A DNA stretch of 31,358 nucleotides. Source: a virus. Its lineage: Duplodnaviria > Caudoviricetes. The stretch covers positions 1-31,358 of the IMG/VR virus record IMGVR_UViG_3300017914_003069; one strand, written 5' to 3'. Made by a program: the position numbers and the translations under genes. The notes below the pieces were generated by a model. The model was not told the DNA's origin. It saw only the letters and a program-made list of their open reading frames with translations, and searched no databases. This document shows positions 27,985 through 31,358 of the stretch, piece after piece (positions within the stretch are counted from its first letter, which is position 1; every line of letters begins with the position of its first letter).

Positions 27985-28428
27985 ATGATTTTCGAAACCA
28001 TCGCGGCAATAAAAATTGCTAATGAGGCAATCGGAGCAATTAAAGAATTCGCAGGTCATGTCGAGTCTGTTGGTCAAATGGGCAAAGATCTAACTAGACT
28101 CGCAGACGCAAAAGAAGATCTTGAAAAAAGAGCGGCAGAAGGTGATATGGACTGCTTCTTCGAACTCGAAAAAATCCAAAGACATGAATATGAAGTCAAG
28201 CAAATGTTTATTTATCAGGGACGCCCCGGTCTTTGGGACGACTACCAAAGGTTCATTCAGAATCGAAAGACACTTCGTGAAAACGAACGTAAACGTCAAG
28301 AAGCAAAAGCAAAAGCAAAAAAGAAAATGATCAAAGACACTTTAGTATATAGTGGAGTTGGTCTCGCCTGTCTTACAGTTATTGGTGCAGGTATCTGGTT
28401 CCTAATGTACATCATCTCATTAAAATAA
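27985..28428 (+). CDS. Hypothetical protein with C-terminal TM helix
   Basis: The start is likely ATG 27985 (SD AAGGAAG). Helical body, basic linker and a hydrophobic C-terminus. Confidence 0.75.
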   Translation: MIFETIAAIKIANEAIGAIKEFAGHVESVGQMGKDLTRLADAKEDLEKRAAEGDMDCFFELEKIQRHEYEVKQMFIYQGRPGLWDDYQRFIQNRKTLRENERKRQEAKAKAKKKMIKDTLVYSGVGLACLTVIGAGIWFLMYIISLK

Positions 28429-28441
28429 AAAGGAGAGAGAT

Positions 28442-29023
28442 ATGGAATTTGTAATCGATCAATTAGTAACTTGGTGGCAGTTTACTGTCGTTGGTGTTCT
28501 CATTCTTGTTGGATGGGTTGCTAATCTTTTTGGCATAGACAATGATAAAGAACTCATTGGATTCTCTTATAAAGAGATGCCACATATGCAACCGATTAAG
28601 ATCGACACTGCAGGTAAAGGATTCTGGGGTGCAATTTGGTTATGGTTTGTGGGTGTACGTCAGTGGAGAATCGTAAAAGACTTTGAATATACTATACATG
28701 GTGATACCTATGTTATTCCTGCAGGATTTGAGTTTGATGGTGCATCGGTGCCTAAGTTTCTTGCGACTTGGTTATCACCAACAGGTGTTCTTCTTATGGG
28801 CGGATTGGTTCATGATTATGCATATAAATATGAAACCCTCCTAAGAACAGACGGATTGACACTAGGCACTCTGTCACAGAGACAAGCAGACGTGATCTTT
28901 CGTGACATTAACATAGAACAGAATGGATTCCATCTGCTGAACTATCTTGCTTACTGGGCATTACGTATTGGTGGGTTTGTTGCATGGAACGCACATAGAA
29001 AAAGAAATGCAAAGGTGAAGTAA
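28442..29023 (+). CDS. DUF1353-family protein with N-terminal TM segment
   Basis: IPAGFEFDGASVPK...LVHDY.Y...QAD.IF motif; SD AGGAG. Confidence 0.8.
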   Translation: MEFVIDQLVTWWQFTVVGVLILVGWVANLFGIDNDKELIGFSYKEMPHMQPIKIDTAGKGFWGAIWLWFVGVRQWRIVKDFEYTIHGDTYVIPAGFEFDGASVPKFLATWLSPTGVLLMGGLVHDYAYKYETLLRTDGLTLGTLSQRQADVIFRDINIEQNGFHLLNYLAYWALRIGGFVAWNAHRKRNAKVK

Positions 29024-29244
29024 TGTTAGAAATATTATTAGTCTTCTCCATGAATGGAGAAATGGAAGATATATCGGAGAGAATATTTGTATCGTATGAA
29101 GAATGTGCGGAGTTTGTTAACACTATTGCAGATAATGATGTAGTGAACTCAGACTATGGATTTAAATTCGTCGCATCTGATGGTATCCTATTTGAAGGAC
29201 AGTGCATCGAGATGCGAGAATGGTTTCTCAAAAATAGTACTTAG
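29023..29244 (+). CDS. Small hypothetical protein (hydrophobic N-terminus, two Cys)
   Basis: 73 aa, TAATG-coupled to the upstream gene; F.SYEEC...C pattern. Confidence 0.7.
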   Translation: MLEILLVFSMNGEMEDISERIFVSYEECAEFVNTIADNDVVNSDYGFKFVASDGILFEGQCIEMREWFLKNST

Positions 29245-29567
29245 ATACCTTCAGGGAAGAACAGTTTCATCTGATCTCCACTTGCGATAACGCATGCCAT
29301 ACCTACTTCACGATTGACGACAATGAACGACCAAGTAGTTGTTCCTGCGTTAATCCATAAGGAATGAAATAGATCATGACCTTGTTGGTTTTGACTGGGT
29401 GCCATCATGATAATTTCCTCAGAGTATTTTTCTCTGAGACCATCAACTATATGTTCACTGTCCCCACAAAATATAGGAAGTTCTTGTTGTTGCGGTTCAA
29501 TATCACGGTGATCGGCATTCAATGCTGTCGTCCATAACAACATGAATATTGCGATTAAATATTTCAT
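29241..29567 (-). CDS. Secreted/periplasmic hypothetical protein
   Basis: Signal peptide MKYLIAIFMLLWTTALNA; PIFC...L.EKY.E...TWSFI...ACVIASG with two Cys. Confidence 0.75.
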   Translation of the reverse strand: MKYLIAIFMLLWTTALNADHRDIEPQQQELPIFCGDSEHIVDGLREKYSEEIIMMAPSQNQQGHDLFHSLWINAGTTTWSFIVVNREVGMACVIASGDQMKLFFPEGI

Positions 29568-29590
29568 GTTTAGTGCCTTTGTGATGAATG

Positions 29591-29820
29591 AAGGCTCTGT
29601 TCTGTTGCCAAGGAGAGCCGACCCTCCGCAGTCTTAATCAAGCTGCAAGTGCGAAACTTTCATCGTTTGCATTTATCGTTTTGCGATTCTCTTTCGACCA
29701 TCCATCTGCCTGTCGAACCCAAAGCATCCCCCCAAATACCACTCTTCGTGAATGATATTTGGTGGAGATGAGGGGAGTCGAACCCCTGTCCAAACACCTT
29801 ACTGCCGATGTCAACAAATC
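29591..29820 (-). ncRNA. ssrA: Circularly permuted two-piece tmRNA
   Basis: The acceptor piece ends GGACAGGGGTTCGACTCCCCT-CATCTCC-ACCA (3' end 29760). An intervening hairpin spans 29759-29732. The coding piece starts GGGGATGCTTTGGGTTCGAC at 29731. The 7-bp acceptor stem has G3.U70. The tag frame at 29670-29638 is ANDESFALAA*. Outer boundaries are approximate. Confidence 0.93.
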
Positions 29821-29826
29821 ACATAT

Positions 29827-29834
29827 TATTTATA
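29827..29834 (-). promoter_or_regulatory. Late promoter TATAAATA for the tmRNA
   Basis: Exact consensus immediately upstream of the acceptor piece, overlapping the stop of the upstream ORF. Confidence 0.7.
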
Positions 29835-30021
29835 TGTACTTTGCAGTCATATAATCGATCCAGAAAACTGCATCGTATTCACTATCAAACCAATCAATAG
29901 CACTTTCACAAATGACTGGATTCCAAGCAAATACCATAACGGTACCGTCCATCTTAGAAACTTTAATATCCCAATCACCTATTTGTGCCAGTTCATAGCT
30001 CTCAAAGAATTTGTTGCTCAT
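29830..30021 (-). CDS. Small hypothetical protein
   Basis: Co-oriented with its neighbours and fills the gap. The start may be ATG 30021 (MSNKFFES) or the track start at 30036. Confidence 0.65.
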   Translation of the reverse strand: MSNKFFESYELAQIGDWDIKVSKMDGTVMVFAWNPVICESAIDWFDSEYDAVFWIDYMTAKYI

Positions 30022-30661
30022 CTTTGTATCTCGCAATAGTTTTCACACACTCAAATATATAGTTGTCCCGTTTCTCCACAAAAATTTGCGGAGAGGAATC
30101 ATCTACTGCGATTACAATGACAATTTGATCAATTGGTATTTTTGTACGTTCTTCCCACATCACACAATATGCGGATGCTTGTTGAAAGTAATTACCAATC
30201 CACTCTTTCTTTTTCTCTTTACGAGAAGTCTTAAAATCTATTACTGATAGTTTTCCATTCCACTCTGCGATACAGTCAACACGCCCTGCAACTCCAAGAT
30301 ACTCAGACCAGAGGGGAACTTCTTGTGCGTACACATTGTCAATACATTCATCAAGTATCGGTTTGATCGTCTGAAACGTTTCTCGATCTGCAGGAAGGAA
30401 TTTTTTGATATCCAATTCGTTGTTGATGTAGTCTTCGCACATCTTGTGGACATTAGTCCCCCTTCTCGACGCACGTGTCGATATTTTATTTGCCTCTTCC
30501 TCACCGACTCTTTTCCTCCACGCCTTGATAGCATCTCTTGACAGGATCGACAAGACCGTTGTAATAGAGGGCAGGTTTCCTTTTGGTGTTTTGTAGAATC
30601 GTTTTCCATTGACGTTCTCTGTTTCCATCTCTTCTAAAATGAAGTCTTTATGTGTAAACAT
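30002..30661 (-). CDS. PD-(D/E)XK exonuclease (Cas4/MGME1-like phage exonuclease)
   Basis: PSITTVL, RGT.VH...E.YI, AGRVDCIAE..G.LSVIDFKTS and YF.Q.SAY motifs. Confidence 0.88.
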   Translation of the reverse strand: MFTHKDFILEEMETENVNGKRFYKTPKGNLPSITTVLSILSRDAIKAWRKRVGEEEANKISTRASRRGTNVHKMCEDYINNELDIKKFLPADRETFQTIKPILDECIDNVYAQEVPLWSEYLGVAGRVDCIAEWNGKLSVIDFKTSRKEKKKEWIGNYFQQASAYCVMWEERTKIPIDQIVIVIAVDDSSPQIFVEKRDNYIFECVKTIARYKDEQQIL

Positions 30662-30978
30662 TATAAGTCCATATTATATTTTCCGGACTTTAGTCGCCCA
30701 TGTTTTTTTGCGATCTCGGCAGTTTTGACTGCTTTAGTGCTTCGTCCTCCTTGCTTTTCTGCGAGAGCAGAGTTCGGATGTGCTTCCGCGATGCGCGCAA
30801 TATTTTCTTTCCAACCTTCATCGTTTTTTATTCCTCCTGAACCTCGCACCATTGATGGTGCTCCCATAATTTGTCTTATGTGAGGATTTTCTTTTAGATA
30901 CATTTCTCTATTTGCCATAGTCAGTTGTAGACTGAATCTATTGCCTGTTTCTGTATCTTCAAAATCATACATTGGCAT
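30661..30978 (-). CDS. FmdB-like small protein of T4-like phages (Cys-less variant)
   Basis: The start is likely ATG 30978: MPMYDFEDTETG...YLKENPH...GWKE.I.RI...HP. Confidence 0.65.
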   Translation of the reverse strand: MPMYDFEDTETGNRFSLQLTMANREMYLKENPHIRQIMGAPSMVRGSGGIKNDEGWKENIARIAEAHPNSALAEKQGGRSTKAVKTAEIAKKHGRLKSGKYNMDL

Positions 30979-31357
30979 AACTAAACCACTCCGGTACATC
31001 TCTGTTTGTCCACTTGCAAAAACTTGCTTTCTCTTTTATATAGTATCGACGGTATGCATCGATTGGGTTGAGCATCTTACAGGTGAATGGCATTGCCTGT
31101 GGGGGTTCTGTCATAAGACCTGTGGGTATGTTTTTAGGAGCAGTAGTCAGTTTACCGTACAGTTTCTTTGCCGTCTCATGTACACGTCCGTAACGGTGTT
31201 CATACTCCTCACAGAGACGCAGAAACAATTGGTTGACCCATAGGTAGTTACCATGATTCTGACGCAACCAAATGTTATCTGGATGATTGACGTGAGATGC
31301 TTTGTATAGCAGTTGCTCACGGTCATCGTCGAGTCTCCAACGTTTGATACGACGACC
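30965..31357 (-). CDS. Pyrimidine-dimer DNA glycosylase (DenV-like family), 5'-truncated
   Basis: The frame is open to the window edge: GRRIKRWRLDDDREQLLYKASHVNHP..IW.R....NY.W...LC.EY..RYG.VH...PPQAMP...AYR.YY..EK...KW..R..P.WF. Confidence 0.75.
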   Translation of the reverse strand, partial: GRRIKRWRLDDDREQLLYKASHVNHPDNIWLRQNHGNYLWVNQLFLRLCEEYEHRYGRVHETAKKLYGKLTTAPKNIPTGLMTEPPQAMPFTCKMLNPIDAYRRYYIKEKASFCKWTNRDVPEWFSYANV

Positions 31358-31358
31358 A

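Noticed and set aside
29760-29791. Apparent tRNA fragment or attachment site (T-arm plus CCA)
   Set aside because: There is no anticodon arm; it is the acceptor piece of the permuted tmRNA. No integrase or duplicated att sequence is present in the window.
29809-29814. TTGACA at the start of the tmRNA acceptor piece
   Set aside because: No -10 element follows at a 16-18 bp spacing.
29752-30039. 95-aa + strand ORF (MIFGGDEGSRTPV...)
   Set aside because: It is the antisense translation of the tmRNA T-arm and the neighbouring gene, a known type of spurious call.
30002-30661. Cas4-like nuclease as a sign of a CRISPR system
   Set aside because: No repeat-spacer array or other cas genes were seen, and it lacks the Cas4 Fe-S cysteine cluster pattern. 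It is the ordinary stand-alone exonuclease of T4-like phages.
1-31358. Stop-codon reassignment, introns, inteins or homing endonucleases
   Set aside because: Core genes are intact and of expected length under the standard code, TAA, TGA and TAG all terminate genes, and no interrupted genes or such motifs were seen.

Overview
The window is a 31-kb piece of a T4-like myovirus genome of the marine cyanophage/pelagiphage type, using the standard genetic code. From left to right it holds: a long tail-fibre-like gene truncated at the window edge and missing from the ORF track; a VrlC/DUF4815 virion protein; the baseplate module (gp8, gp7, gp6, gp25, gp5, gp27-like, gp53, gp48); gp4, gp2, gp54, gp26, gp51 and a tape-measure-like gene; the convergent gp33-gp59-gp32 block; a cluster of small membrane/secreted proteins; a PD-(D/E)XK exonuclease; and a truncated DenV-like glycosylase. 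The most notable items are invisible in the ORF track. (1) A compact, circularly permuted (two-piece) tmRNA gene on the minus strand (~29591-29820), with a G3.U70 acceptor stem, tag ANDESFALAA and a T4 late promoter. (2) A T_TTT_TTT slippery site that would fuse gp26 to gp51 by a -1 frameshift, like lambda G/GT, upstream of the tape-measure gene. (3) A perfect sigma70 promoter firing antisense into the late tail genes. (4) Palindromic and face-to-face late promoters. (5) An ATAC-repeat leader on gene 32. (6) Several unannotated small ORFs, including an Hc1 histone-like protein. Gene calls come from recognising motifs and synteny by eye; no database searches were run.
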